A stretch of 63,735 nt of DNA, filler included, from Lenisia limosa (lineage: Eukaryota; Protista; Breviatea): the NCBI GenBank assembly GCA_001655205.1. It is 13 parts of 13 records of this genome, joined end to end, with 100 filler letters (N's around TTAATTAATTAA, not from the genome) between each part and the next. Parts side by side here need not be neighbours in the genome. Positions count along the whole stretch, not along the records: positions 44,197 to 51,089 come from LPNZ01011211.1; positions 51,190 to 52,453 come from LPNZ01007039.1; positions 52,554 to 54,765 come from LPNZ01006929.1; positions 54,866 to 57,081 come from LPNZ01007650.1; positions 57,182 to 63,735 come from LPNZ01009789.1; 8 more parts are not named here. One strand, given 5' to 3'. Positions 50,201 to 61,329 of this stretch are shown piece after piece; the first letter of the stretch is position 1; each line of letters begins with the position of its first letter. A program made the translations under genes and the position numbers. Below the pieces are notes generated by a model, which saw only the letters and a list, made by a program, of their open reading frames with translations, made no database searches and had not been told where the DNA came from.

Positions 50201-51089
50201 CTCTTGGTGGGGGGGGGGTAAACGAAGGAAATTTCGATGAAACATATTGGCATAAAGGTACTAACCACGAACCGAATAATCTGAAACTCCAAACAAACAA
50301 AAACCAAAAAACAAAACAAGCAATAACAAACTCGAGCAACCAACGCTAAAACTGGAAAGCCAATCCTCTCCCCACCCCTATCTGGACAATTCAACAAAGA
50401 AGACCCACCATCGACGGCAACGTCTGGAATAAGGGGGTTCCTTAGAGACATAAACTGAAACTGCGCTACAACTGGAAAACTAACCGCCTTCAGAATTGCA
50501 ATACGCCTATTTCGCTTCACCACAACAACGTAACTCTCATGATGGTGGAGATATCCTCGTTTTCGTCTGTCGTCTCCCTCCTCAGCCCTCTAAACGTAGG
50601 TTTTTTTTTTGTTTCGGGTTTTTATTGATTATTTTCGGTTTTTTTATGGAATTATTGTTGTTTTTACGAGTTCTCATCTCAATGTTGTGTTTATTTCTTG
50701 GTTTTTGATCTGTGTTTTTTTTGTATCCTCTTTTTCGTCAGCCGTTAAACGTCAGTTTTATCCTTCTCTTTGTTTTTTTTCTTTCTTCCTACTTTTGTTA
50801 TTCCTTTTTTCGTCTCACTCCTCAGTCCTCTAAACGTTACCATTCACTTCCCACCATACCCTCACGTTTCTTGAATCCTTTCAATTAACTGTCAATTAAC
50901 ACAATTATCCCAATTAATTATCACAACATTAACATTTGATTAATATTATTAAAATTACTATAACAATTAATAAACACCGTTAATAGTCAAAACCAATGAA
51001 TTAACTTTTCAGACCTTCACGCTACTGGAGTCCTTCATCCAGCTTGTGGAAGATATGTGCCGATTCGATGACTTACAGCTCATCCCCAG
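44258..51089 (+). CDS. Fragmented multi-exon gene: Ser/Pro/Thr-rich region followed by several hydrophobic (TM-like) exons; family not recognised
   Basis: ORF 44266-44830 (low complexity), exons DRSYTELLTSNRFFASFLRDKL, SGLSIFLAVVLLLLALATLNIHLLL, WNLRILLFNSLIFTLWFLAKMSWPRLWISAVLIFALF, all with ag/gt boundaries. Confidence 0.5.
47402..47539. mobile_element. MITE family G (about 140 bp), TAGGGCT-terminated
   Basis: TIR tagggctccgtgcaattaatt / aattaattgcacaagcccta; homologous copies at about 46028-46169 and about 57712-57823. No clear TSD. Confidence 0.7.
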
Positions 51090-52759
51090 NNNNNNNNNNN
51101 NNNNNNNNNNNNNNNNNNNNNNNNNNNNNNNNNTTAATTAATTAANNNNNNNNNNNNNNNNNNNNNNNNNNNNNNNNNNNNNNNNNNNNCCGCCTCCAGG
51201 ATTGTAACATTTGCGGTGGAACCCTCAACAAGGTTCCACTTAAGGACTGGCAGACCCATGATACTGTAAACTGCTCCCTATGCCACATGGTGGGGAGAGG
51301 TGGGTATTATTACTCCGTTAATTGATGTGCGTTCTTGATGCTAGTTTTTGAAGTGATACAGACAAACATGATAAAAGGGTTTTTGTAAGCAATGAAACCA
51401 CAAAGGGAGAACAAAATTGCAAGTGAAGCAGCAAAAAATACGTTATCATACGCTGACCCCAATCCCCCAGAACTATCATCTGGCCTGCCTTGCACCCCCA
51501 CTCAAAAGTAAACCAAAGGACTTCATCTGCATCCGATGTGTAGGCATTGGGGGATTGTTATGAGTTTTTTTTTGTTTTTGAAGCCTCTCCAATGTATTTT
51601 CTGCATCTTATGGTGTAGATCAGCACACGGCCTTGTTGTTCGATATGCTATTCGAATAACTCTCAAAGATGGCAACTGGTAAGAAGATATAACACCAACA
51701 GTTTTATTATAATCAGGATTGATTTGTGTTATAGTATACTATGACCTGTTATAAGCATGAGCTTAAACCGAGAGATGTTCATCGAACTTTTTGGGTTCGA
51801 GTCTTGCACAATTTTTTTTTTTTTTTCAAAATTAAAAGAAAACAAACATGTGATCTCTCATTTTTCTTTTTTGGGTGATCTCAAACAATTTCCTGGTATC
51901 TATCCTTTGCTCTCTGAATTGATTGGTATTGAAAGATACAATCATTTGAAAAGAGACAGAGATGCATTGGACATCGAGAAATCAAGAATTTGCCTCACAA
52001 AGGAAGAAAAGACCCCGATCCATCCAATCCTGGCGTTCTTTGAAACAGGGGGTATTCGTGCCTTCCTTCCCGGNNNNNNNNNNNNNNNNNNNNNNNNNNN
52101 NNNNNNNNNNNNNNNNNNNNNNNNNNNNNNNNNNNNNNNNNNNNNNNNNNNNNNNNNNNNNNNNNNNNNNNNNNNNNNNNNNNNNNNNNNNNNNNNNNNN
52201 NNNNNNNNNNNNNNNNNNNNNNNNNNNNNNCCCTCACCACCAGCACCTCTAACCATGCAGACCTGGCGAATGGAGGGTCAGAGGTTCGAATTTGCTGAGC
52301 AAGCGAATACCTTAGAATACCCACGAAAGCCCTTGTTAGAAGCACTCAAGGCAACACCGTTGTTAGATCGAAGACAGGCAAAACTTGTGGTGGGGCCCAT
52401 GGGATGTCTTTTGTTGCAAACATGTACATTAATATCGATATATATCCCCGTCCNNNNNNNNNNNNNNNNNNNNNNNNNNNNNNNNNNNNNNNNNNNNTTA
52501 ATTAATTAANNNNNNNNNNNNNNNNNNNNNNNNNNNNNNNNNNNNNNNNNNNNTATGCAAAGAGCTACTAAAACAACAACAAACAAAGTCCAGACTATCA
52601 AACGAGTCCAAAAAATTCCTAAAAGAATACTATCTGTGAGCCCCAGTAAAATCATTCTTAAAGAAACAAAAATAGAGAAAAATAAAACAAAAACACAATC
52701 AAACAAAAGAAAAGCAAAATAATATAATAAAATCAAACAAAATTGCACTTCCCACCTAC

Positions 52760-54320
52760 CAAGACCAGAGGGATTGGGGCCCCAACCGGGGGGAGGGGCA
52801 ATAGATACGGGCAAATCCGGCGATTCTGAGGACTCTGNNNNNNNNNNNNNNNNNNNNNNNNNNNNNNNNNNNNNNNNNNNNNNNNNNNNNNNNNNNNNNN
52901 NNNNNNNNNNNNNNNNNNNNNNNNNNNNNNNNNNNNNNNNNNNNNNNNNNNNNNNNNNNNNNNNNNNNNNNNNNNNNNNNNNNNNNNNNNNNNNNNNNNN
53001 NNNNNNNNNNNNNNNNNNCCTCCCCCCGCACCAGCAGCAATTTCAAGCGTATCAATTTGGTCTTTTTCCTTCGTGAAAGCCACACTATCCTTCCTCTTGG
53101 TTCGGGTCTGGAGGGAAAGTAAAACGAAGGAATTTTCGATGAAGAATATTGGTGGGATTGGGGGATAGGGTTGAGTCCTACAATCATATGATATGATATT
53201 ATATGATAATATATACAACTATAAAATAAGATTGTATCTGGCCGAAGACGTCTACCATCACGCTTACTATAGATATTAGATTGTAGTGTTAGTAACTTAT
53301 ACAAATTCACCCAATCATTTGTGTGACACTCTGTGTACACAGATTTCTGCCATGGGTACAACGATGACCCCAAAAACCCCGGCCAACTTTCCTTTTGCGG
53401 TTGGCTGCGGCGCCATCATCATCAACTGCTGTGAATAGTCAGAGAAAATATGATTGTTTGATTTTTTTACAATTATTTTTGGGGTTTTCTGTTACTGTTC
53501 ATGTTTTAGCTGCTAAAAGAATATTTTGTAGTAGAAATACTGTTTATTCAAAAATAAAGTAATCTGGCCGAAGCCGTCGACACCACTAATTCAAACAATT
53601 ATTTGCTTGTTAAGTATTTAATATAAAGGTGACTGGCTTAATTTCGAAATTTTTTTTTTAAAAAAAACAATGAGAGAATTGAAAAAAATACCATACCGCA
53701 TACCTGCTACTCTTGATTTCGACTTTTTCGGGGGTTGGATTCTAGAAGGTGAAGTGGTAGAGGGGGGGTTAATTGACAAAAAAAAAAGCCCAAAATCAAC
53801 TCTGTTGGCTGACACACATGAGGGTAAAAACATTTCAAGGCCATCATTCCAGCTTACTTGAGGGTGGGAGGGATGGCACTCTTGGGACAAGTGATGGTTG
53901 TGACAAAGGCTTTGTCATCTAGCTTCTCTGGGGCTGGCATGTTGAATTTGTCTTCATGTCTAAATTGTGAAAAACATATTTACGAATGAAAAGTGTTCCC
54001 TATGCTCCGAAGTTGGTCGAAAACTATCGATATTTATCGAGGATTGGTCGAGAAATTCAGTCTGTTTTTAGGACTATATGGTCCAAAATCTCTTCGCTAA
54101 TAGTATACACAGGGCTTCCTTCCCGTCGTCAATAATACCTAGGGATTCCCTGCGTCCGAAAAAGGCCATCAAAATATCCATATTTTTTGAGGATTTCAAT
54201 ATTGGGATTCGGTCTTTTTTGAATACCCCAACAAACGATGATTCACCATCGGCTGAATTGAGCCGTCGAGCTGGCGAGGAAAGGCCAACTCCCCTTCCTA
54301 AATGATGGTTAAGACCCGAG
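52760..54320 (-). CDS. Unassigned exon fragments
   Basis: In-phase exons RHEDKFNMPAPEKLDDKAFVTTITCPKSAIPPTLK|IQPPKKSKSRVA|AVDDDGAAANRKRKVGRG and TRTKRKDSVAFTKEKDQIDTLEI. Confidence 0.45.
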
Positions 54321-54865
54321 GGNNNNNNNNNNNNNNNNNNNNNNNNNNNNNNNNNNNNNNNNNNNNNNNNNNNNNNNNNNNNNNNNNNNNNNNNNNNNNN
54401 NNNNNNNNNNNNNNNNNNNNNNNNNNNNNNNNNNNNNCAACAAAGTTTCAATAGTCTCTATTGAAACCTTTCCTAAATAAAGGTTAAGAACTGAGGAGCA
54501 CCAAGAAATAAAAAAATAGGATCTGGCCAAGCTGCCCCCACCATCACGCTTATATAGAGCAATACGAAATAAAAAAATAAATAAGGTATCTCCAAAACCG
54601 TCCACACCATCACGCTTACACATAGCAATAAGAAATAAAAAAAATATGGTTGTACCTAGCCAAAGCCGTCCACACCATCACGCTTTTAAGATAATTCATT
54701 CACTATCCCCCCATCGGACCATGAGTTGGCAAGAGACAGGCAATGCGAGATGCTGAGTTGAGGGCNNNNNNNNNNNNNNNNNNNNNNNNNNNNNNNNNNN
54801 NNNNNNNNNTTAATTAATTAANNNNNNNNNNNNNNNNNNNNNNNNNNNNNNNNNNNNNNNNNNNN

Positions 54866-56767
54866 GGTCGCAGACGAGCCCGGACTTAAGGCCACTCAAA
54901 AAGAAGACATTGTTGTGCAACCCCCAAGGTAGCTTTGGAAAGAAGAAAATGCGTTATATTAAAAATAGGGCAGTGAGGATTCCGGTGTAAAGGCGTTACA
55001 TTAAAACTTGGGGAGGGAAGACGGTATACGGCGTTTGGAGGAGTTTTGCAGCCATACAAAATATACAGGGAGGAGGGTATTTGTATTCATCAAGGCGTCT
55101 GTATATTCTGTATGGCTGCAAAACTCCCCTAAACACCGTACTCCGTCTTCCCTAGTTTTAATTATATACCCCCCCCCCCCNNNNNNNNNNNNNNNNNNCC
55201 CTATGGGAAGTGGTGCTGCAAAAGTGACTAGCCTAGGCTTTGTTGGTTTTGTTTTCAACCCGTGTGTGTTTCCCAAATGCTTGCCAAATAGTGTTGATTC
55301 TGGGCATATATACAAGTTTCCGAAATTTTACAATTTTACACCTGGCCTGGGTTTTGTTTGTTTTGTTGTTCTCAACCCTTGTGTGTTGTCAGCCAACAGA
55401 GTTGNNNNNNNNNNNNNNNNNNNNNNNNNNNNNNNNNNNNNNNNNNNNNNNNNNNNNNNNNNNNNNNNNNNNNNNNNNNNNNNNNNTCGAGGATTTATCG
55501 AGAAATTCTGTCTTTTTTGGGACCGTAGGGAAGTCCCAGGTGTAGCTTGAGTGTGGTGATGATTGTCGTGGTTTATGATGATGCCCAAGAAACAAAAGAT
55601 GCATCAAGTCGAAACAAAACAATTATTTTGGCAGAGAGGTTTAAACTTACCACATTCCAGCCATGATGAAGCCCACGAAACGTCCGAGGAAACTTCCAGT
55701 GAAACTACTGAGGAAGCGAAGGCCGGTGATGAGAATGGCGAAAAAACCAAGATCCCCGAGGAGGAGCCTAAGACTGCTTTCCAGAAGGCAAAGGTACGAA
55801 TGGGCTTTGTTTGTTTTGGTGTTATCAACCCTCGTGTGTTGTTAGCCAATAGAGTTGTTTTGGGCTTTTTTTTNNNNNNNNNNNNNNNNNNNNNNNNNNN
55901 NNNNNNNNNNNNNNNNNNNNNNNNNNNNNNNNNNNNNNNNNNNNNNNNNNNNNNNNNNNNNNNNNNNNNNNNNNNNNNNNNNNNNNNNNNNNNNCATACG
56001 ACCGGTTCCAAGTCCGCAAGCAAGTCAGCGACCAAGGCGAGTTGTCACGGTGGGGGAGGGTGTTCGGTATGGTGAAGGATGATAGTTTATCTTGTGGAGG
56101 GTGGTGAAAGCATGACAGAGGGATGCGTGTCTTGTGGAGGGTGGTGATGATTGTTATGGTGGGGGAATATTTGCATCAATACGTCGCAGTATGCTATTTA
56201 CACATATTATGATATTCTCTATACATACCAGGCTATCGCGGTGGGGTCTGAATAAATTAAAATATAGTGACCGGGAGAAGTCTTGCTTGATCAATTTTCC
56301 TTGGGAAATCATATGGCAAATCGGTCAAGACTTTTCCCGGTCACCATATATCTATCTTCGAAGCGTGATTGTGGGTTGCTTCGGCCAGACACACCCTTGT
56401 TTTATTCCTCATATCGAAGATATACTAACAAGTTTGTTGGCCCATTTCCACAAGTGATATGAATTGTGCCATTGATCTGATCATAACACGAGGGTTCATC
56501 CCGAGTGGAGCAGAATTTTGTGGAGACTTGTAATTCCCTTTGAATATAACCCAAAAAGTGATCTAATAGTAGTTCTCATCTGTGAAAATGACCCATTAAA
56601 AAATGTCGTAACATCCCCAGATTCCGCGCTCGTGTCTACGCAGTCACCGGCAAAATGGACGAGGAATACCAAAAAGACCTCGAAAAGGCTGCTGAGAAGG
56701 AAGCGGCAGAGAAGCAGAAGAAGGAGGAGGAGAAGGCTCGGATTCTGGAGAAGAGAAACGCCAAGTA
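54866..56767 (+). CDS. 3' part of a charged (E/K-rich) protein of unknown family
   Basis: Exons HDEAHETSEETSSETTEEAK..KTAFQKAK and TGKMDEEYQKDLEKAAEKEAAEKQKKEEEKARILEKRNAK*. Confidence 0.5.
55014..55154. repeat. Long imperfect inverted repeat (about 54-bp arms, about 31-nt spacer)
   Basis: gggaagacggtatacggcgtttggaggagttttgcagccatacaaaatatacag pairs with ctgtatattctgtatggctgcaaaactcccctaaacaccgtactccgtcttccc, with about 6 mismatches. Confidence 0.9.
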
Positions 56768-57289
56768 GGGGTCGAGGGGTGTTTCGCTTTGTTTTTATGT
56801 ATTGTTTCATTTTTTTCCTCAGGCATTGGACTCACAATTTCCTTGAAAACTGAAGGGAAATTTCTTTGAGGCACCTGTTGTTGAATTAAGGTGAAATGAG
56901 CATGGTATAAGGAATATACACCCATTGAAATGAGACGTTTAGATTTTGTTAAACCCACTTCAACGGCACATCGACTTGGGATTCTTATGAAAAAGTTGGC
57001 GCGTATCATGATTCTCATGCTTTCTTCTGTTACCGAGTCCACAGGAATCCCGAATCGGAAAATGGGAGACCCCCCCCCCCCNNNNNNNNNNNNNNNNNNN
57101 NNNNNNNNNNNNNNNNNNNNNNNNNTTAATTAATTAANNNNNNNNNNNNNNNNNNNNNNNNNNNNNNNNNNNNNNNNNNNNCAAAGCCCAGGACAGTCAC
57201 AGCGGACTTGCTGATATAAGTGGGATCACTGGCGATCCTTAGCTCTCTGTAAAAAAATGCAATAGCGCCGAATTATGTTAATATAACTT

Positions 57290-57875
57290 TGGGGTGAATA
57301 GACAATACGCATATGATGAATACTTCAATACGGCATCGACTTGGGCTTCTTGCGAAAAAGTTGGAATTCCCAAAAAATACTGAATCCCTTAGTAATGAAA
57401 TACAAGTATGAAGAGCCATCTCAACAAAATCCACCAACTTGGGGGGTGGAGGCGGCCTGTTAGATTTGGGCGGAGGAGGAGAAGGAAGGGGCGAGGCCAT
57501 TGGGGGAGGGGCTACAATAGTTACATGGGGATCTGGCAGAAACACTAATATAATTAGTAGGGCTTTCCTACGGTCCGAACAAGACCGTTGAAATATCGAT
57601 ATTTATCGAGGATTTATCGAGATATTCGTTCTTTTTTGGGACTGTAGAGAACCCCTAATTATTAGTGATAGCCCTGGTTTCCTTCTACAAGGAATACTTT
57701 TTTTTTATGATGGGGCTCTGTGCAATTATGTATTGCCGAGTTTGAAGTGCGACATATTGTTATGGCAACTCCTTTTCAGACACTTTAATTTCAAATTTTG
57801 TCAATTAATTCCTCAGAGTCCTAAATAATACCCACCAGGAGGTCTGGGTGGTGGAGGCGGGGCGGGAGGCATGGA
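57290..57875 (-). CDS. Proline-rich exon fragments (FH1/WASP-like composition), unassigned
   Basis: SMPPAPPPPPRPP (57836-57875) and PDPHVTIVAPPPMASPLPSPPPPKSNRPPPPPKLVDF (about 57400-57540). Confidence 0.35.
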
Positions 57876-58579
57876 NNNNNNNNNNNNNNNNNNNNNNNNN
57901 NNNNNNNNNNNNNNNNNNNNNNNNNNNNNNNNNNNNNNNNNNNNNNNNNNNNNNNNNNNNNNNNNNNNTTTGCATATGAAGAGACAGTACATTAGAATCT
58001 CACATGTATTTCTTTTATCGTATCTCGTATATTCAAAACAAGGATGAGACAGAGATTGAAACCCAAAAGATCACTCTTGGCTTCCCAAATATAGCAGAGT
58101 TTTACCGTTTTACCTCCTCTCCTACCCTGAAACGCCCCAATTTATCATGATTTGTGCTCACAGCACACTAAACTGAGGAGTGAGATGAGGGAATGAGGAG
58201 ACAGGAGAACAGCAGCACCTTATCTAGTAAATCCTTTTCTGGCTCCAGTCCAAAAATTAGTGATAGTATAGCGCTATTCTGTCAAAGAGCAACCGAGGAG
58301 ACACATAATGATCGATCACAAAATAATTTTATATACTCTATAACTCTATTTTCCTTTCTATGACATATATCAATATATATCTATATACAATCTCTTTTAG
58401 TGTGCTTGGGCAATGATTGGGAATTGATCTCAAATAAATGTAAACTCTATCTGGGTATGACAAAAACCAGAATATGCCTTTTAAACGATTACTTTTTGAT
58501 TTTAGAAACAGAGAAACAGAACCGCATTATTGATTCATATTCTAATTTGACACGTGAATTATTATTGAATATTTCAATC

Positions 58580-61100
58580 ATGATGATTGCACGACAGATT
58601 GCCCGCCCTCTTCTTCGTAACTTCCGCCTGTTCTCTGCTACTGCTTCTCTTGCTCACGAAGCTACTGCTGCTACTCCAACAAAGGAATTTGTCCGTATGC
58701 TCTATTGGTTTTGTTTTCACAGATTTATATAAGTCCCTTAAGCGTGGTTGGTCTTTAATATGATTAGTTCCCCCTCTTCCATATCCCATTGAGAACGGTC
58801 TCCAGCCCTGTATCTCACCTGCCGCCCTTGACCTTCACTACAACAAGCACCATGCCCTCTATGTAACGAAAGGTGAGTGAGAGAAACATAATTCGGTCTC
58901 CTTGGTGGACTCTTGTTAGTGAACGTTTTCTTCACTTATATGTCTTACCGGTTTAGCCAACACTGTCCTTGACCAGATCCAAGATGAGAACATTGACCTT
59001 GTTAAGACCATCTTTAACTCAAAGCGCGACCCCTCCAGAGCCTTCATGTTCAACAACACTGCTCAGATCTGGAACCACGACTTCTTCTGGAAGTGCATGA
59101 CCCCAGGCGGCGCCGAGGTTCCTGAGGATCTCCAGAAGAGGCTCAACGACGACTTCGGCTCTTTGGAGAAGTTCAAGGAGGAGGTTTGCCAAGATGACGT
59201 ATCATGAGGATCTCGATTGCTGGAGAGAGGGGGACCCTTTTGTCATGGAAATATTGTGAAAGCGTTTGAACCCAGTTATCTTTTGTCTTGTTTGGGCTGG
59301 TTTCCTTTTTTTNNNNNNNNNNNNNNNNNNNNNNNNNNNNNNNNNNNNNNNNNNNNNNNNNNNNNNNNNNNNNNNNNNNNNNNNNNNNNNNNNNNNNNNN
59401 NTTCTTCATTACTTTTTCATTTTGCCAGTTCTCAAGCAAGGCTCTCAACCACTTCGGCTCCGGCTGGTGTTGGGTTGTTGGTATGCGGGGGGGTTGGTAT
59501 GAGTATGAATAACAGATTCCTATAAAGCTGTGTACACAGAGTTGTAAGGCAAATGATTGGTTGAATTGCGGCCCTTGAAGGCTAGAAAGACAGTAGTATT
59601 AAAGCTGTGTACACAGAGTTGTAAGGCAAATAAGGCATGCAGGAAGCTGTTTGCACAGAGTTGTAAGGCAAATGATTGGGTGAATTAAAATTATAATCCA
59701 ATATCACTTATAATGATGGTGTGGACTGCTTCGGCCAGATACAACCTTTTTTTTACTCTCGTTTCTATACAAGAACAATAATTATTAATTGATCCCTGCA
59801 TCAGCCGCCGGATGTCTATGGTCCTAGTTTCAATAGAGAATTTACTGCCAAAAAAAGCACTTTTCTTTCAAAAGCTCATCCGTAAACTTTTTTCTTACCC
59901 CTCATTCGACCACTTTTATCCATGCACTTTTTTTTCTTTCACCCCTCATCTAGGGCTTCATTTCGGTTCGAAAAAAGACTGAATTTCTGGATAACTTCAT
60001 GAATACTATCGATATATCCCTGGTTTTTTTTTTTGGAATTGAAGTGAATCCCTACCGACATCCTATCACTGTCTCTCACCTTCATTCCTACTATAAATAA
60101 AGCTGCGACAAGGACCAAAGCAACCCTGCAACTATAAGACTCTTTCAAATGGAATGATAAAGAATAGCCTGTTAAGCAGGTACATGAATACTATGGTAAT
60201 CTGAAATGTAATTTCATCTACACTCTTTCTCTCACCCACATCCTTGCACTCTTTCTCACCCCAATGCAGAGGATGTGGATCACGCCTCTGCCTTCCGCAA
60301 GCTGAAGATTGTTACCACGCCCAACGCTGGAGTGCCGTTTGTTGATGGCCTCCACCCCCTGCGTAGGCTGGAGTGATGGTGCGGCGCTTCAGAAGCGACN
60401 NNNNNNNNNNNNNNNNNNNNNNNNNNNNNNNNNNNNNNNNNNNNNNNNNNNNNNNNNNNNNNNNNNNNNNNNNNNNNNNNNNNNNNNNNNNNNNNNNNNN
60501 NNNNNNNNNNNNNNNATTATCTCAACTTGCATCTTTATGTTTTTGATCTTTCTAACGATTTAGTTACTCTGGACATGTGGGAGCATGCGTAAGTGGGGCT
60601 CAGGAACCAGGGCTTGTGGAGGAGGTCCCTGTTCAGGAACCAGGGCTTGTGGAGGAGGTCCCCGTTCAGGAACCAGGGCTCGGGGAGGAGGTCCCTGTTC
60701 AGGAACCAGGGCTAGGGCTTGTGGAGGTCCCTTTCTATTTTGCGTTTATCCCCGGGGTAATACATGCAGTATTTCATGTTCTCTCTCTTTGAGTTAAGCG
60801 GTTGAATTGATGTTCTAGTTTCTATTACGACTACCAGAACCGTAAGAACGAGTATGTCGAGAACTTCTGGCAGGTGTGTGTGCAATTGACATCCGAAAAG
60901 AGTCAATATCAGAATGCATTATATGGATAGTGTAGCTCGTATAATTCTCAGAATGATCACAAATTTCTCCAAAAACACTATAACTATCCAAATTGTATAA
61001 CAGAAAAGATTATAAACTTGGAGTATATCCCAAACACCTCAACCTTACCTCCAAGGTTGTTAACTGGGAGTTTGTCAATGCTCGTCTTGCGATGGAGTAG
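58580..61100 (+). CDS. Fe/Mn superoxide dismutase, Fe-type signature, with N-terminal mitochondrial-like presequence; 8 exons, complete
   Basis: [20 protein letters not shown]..; [15 protein letters not shown]; [17 protein letters not shown]; FGSGWCW; TTPNAGVP; [38 protein letters not shown]. All four metal ligands (H, H, D, H) are present. Confidence 0.95.
59641..59750 (-). mobile_element. Non-TIR dispersed repeat family B (110-130 bp), Helentron/HINE-like
   Basis: Consensus AACAAGGTTGTATCTGGCCGAAGCCGTCCACACCATCACGCTT..TTCACCCAATCATTTGCCTTACAACTCTGTGTACACAGCTTT. More than 15 full or partial copies on both strands (4710, 9815, 14935, 29262, 37695, 38931, 46225, 46977, 49660, 53230, 53558, 54515, 56365). 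Mechanism is inferred. Confidence 0.6.
60595..60732 (+). repeat. 33-bp minisatellite (about 4 units) in SOD intron 6
   Basis: Unit gttcaggaaccagggcttgtggaggaggtccct. Confidence 0.9.
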
Positions 61101-61329
61101 ATCCAACCCCCAGTATTTTTTGTTTCTGTTGTTTCATAAATATATATCCCTCTGTTTCCCTCAACTTGGTCGATTTTCTGACTCAAGAGCATTCTTATGG
61201 GACCGTATTTAACTATCGATATTTACCGGCCTTTTTCGAACCGAAGTGAAGCCCTAGTTATAATCGTCGAGCTCCAGTGAGATGAAGAAATAAATAGAAC
61301 AAAAAGAGAGACAAAACGAATAACTTAAA

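Noticed and set aside
4572-57137. Recurrent palindromic TTAATTAATTAA as a biological motif
   Set aside because: Always embedded in N runs and encodes stops in six frames, which is the pattern of an artificial contig linker.
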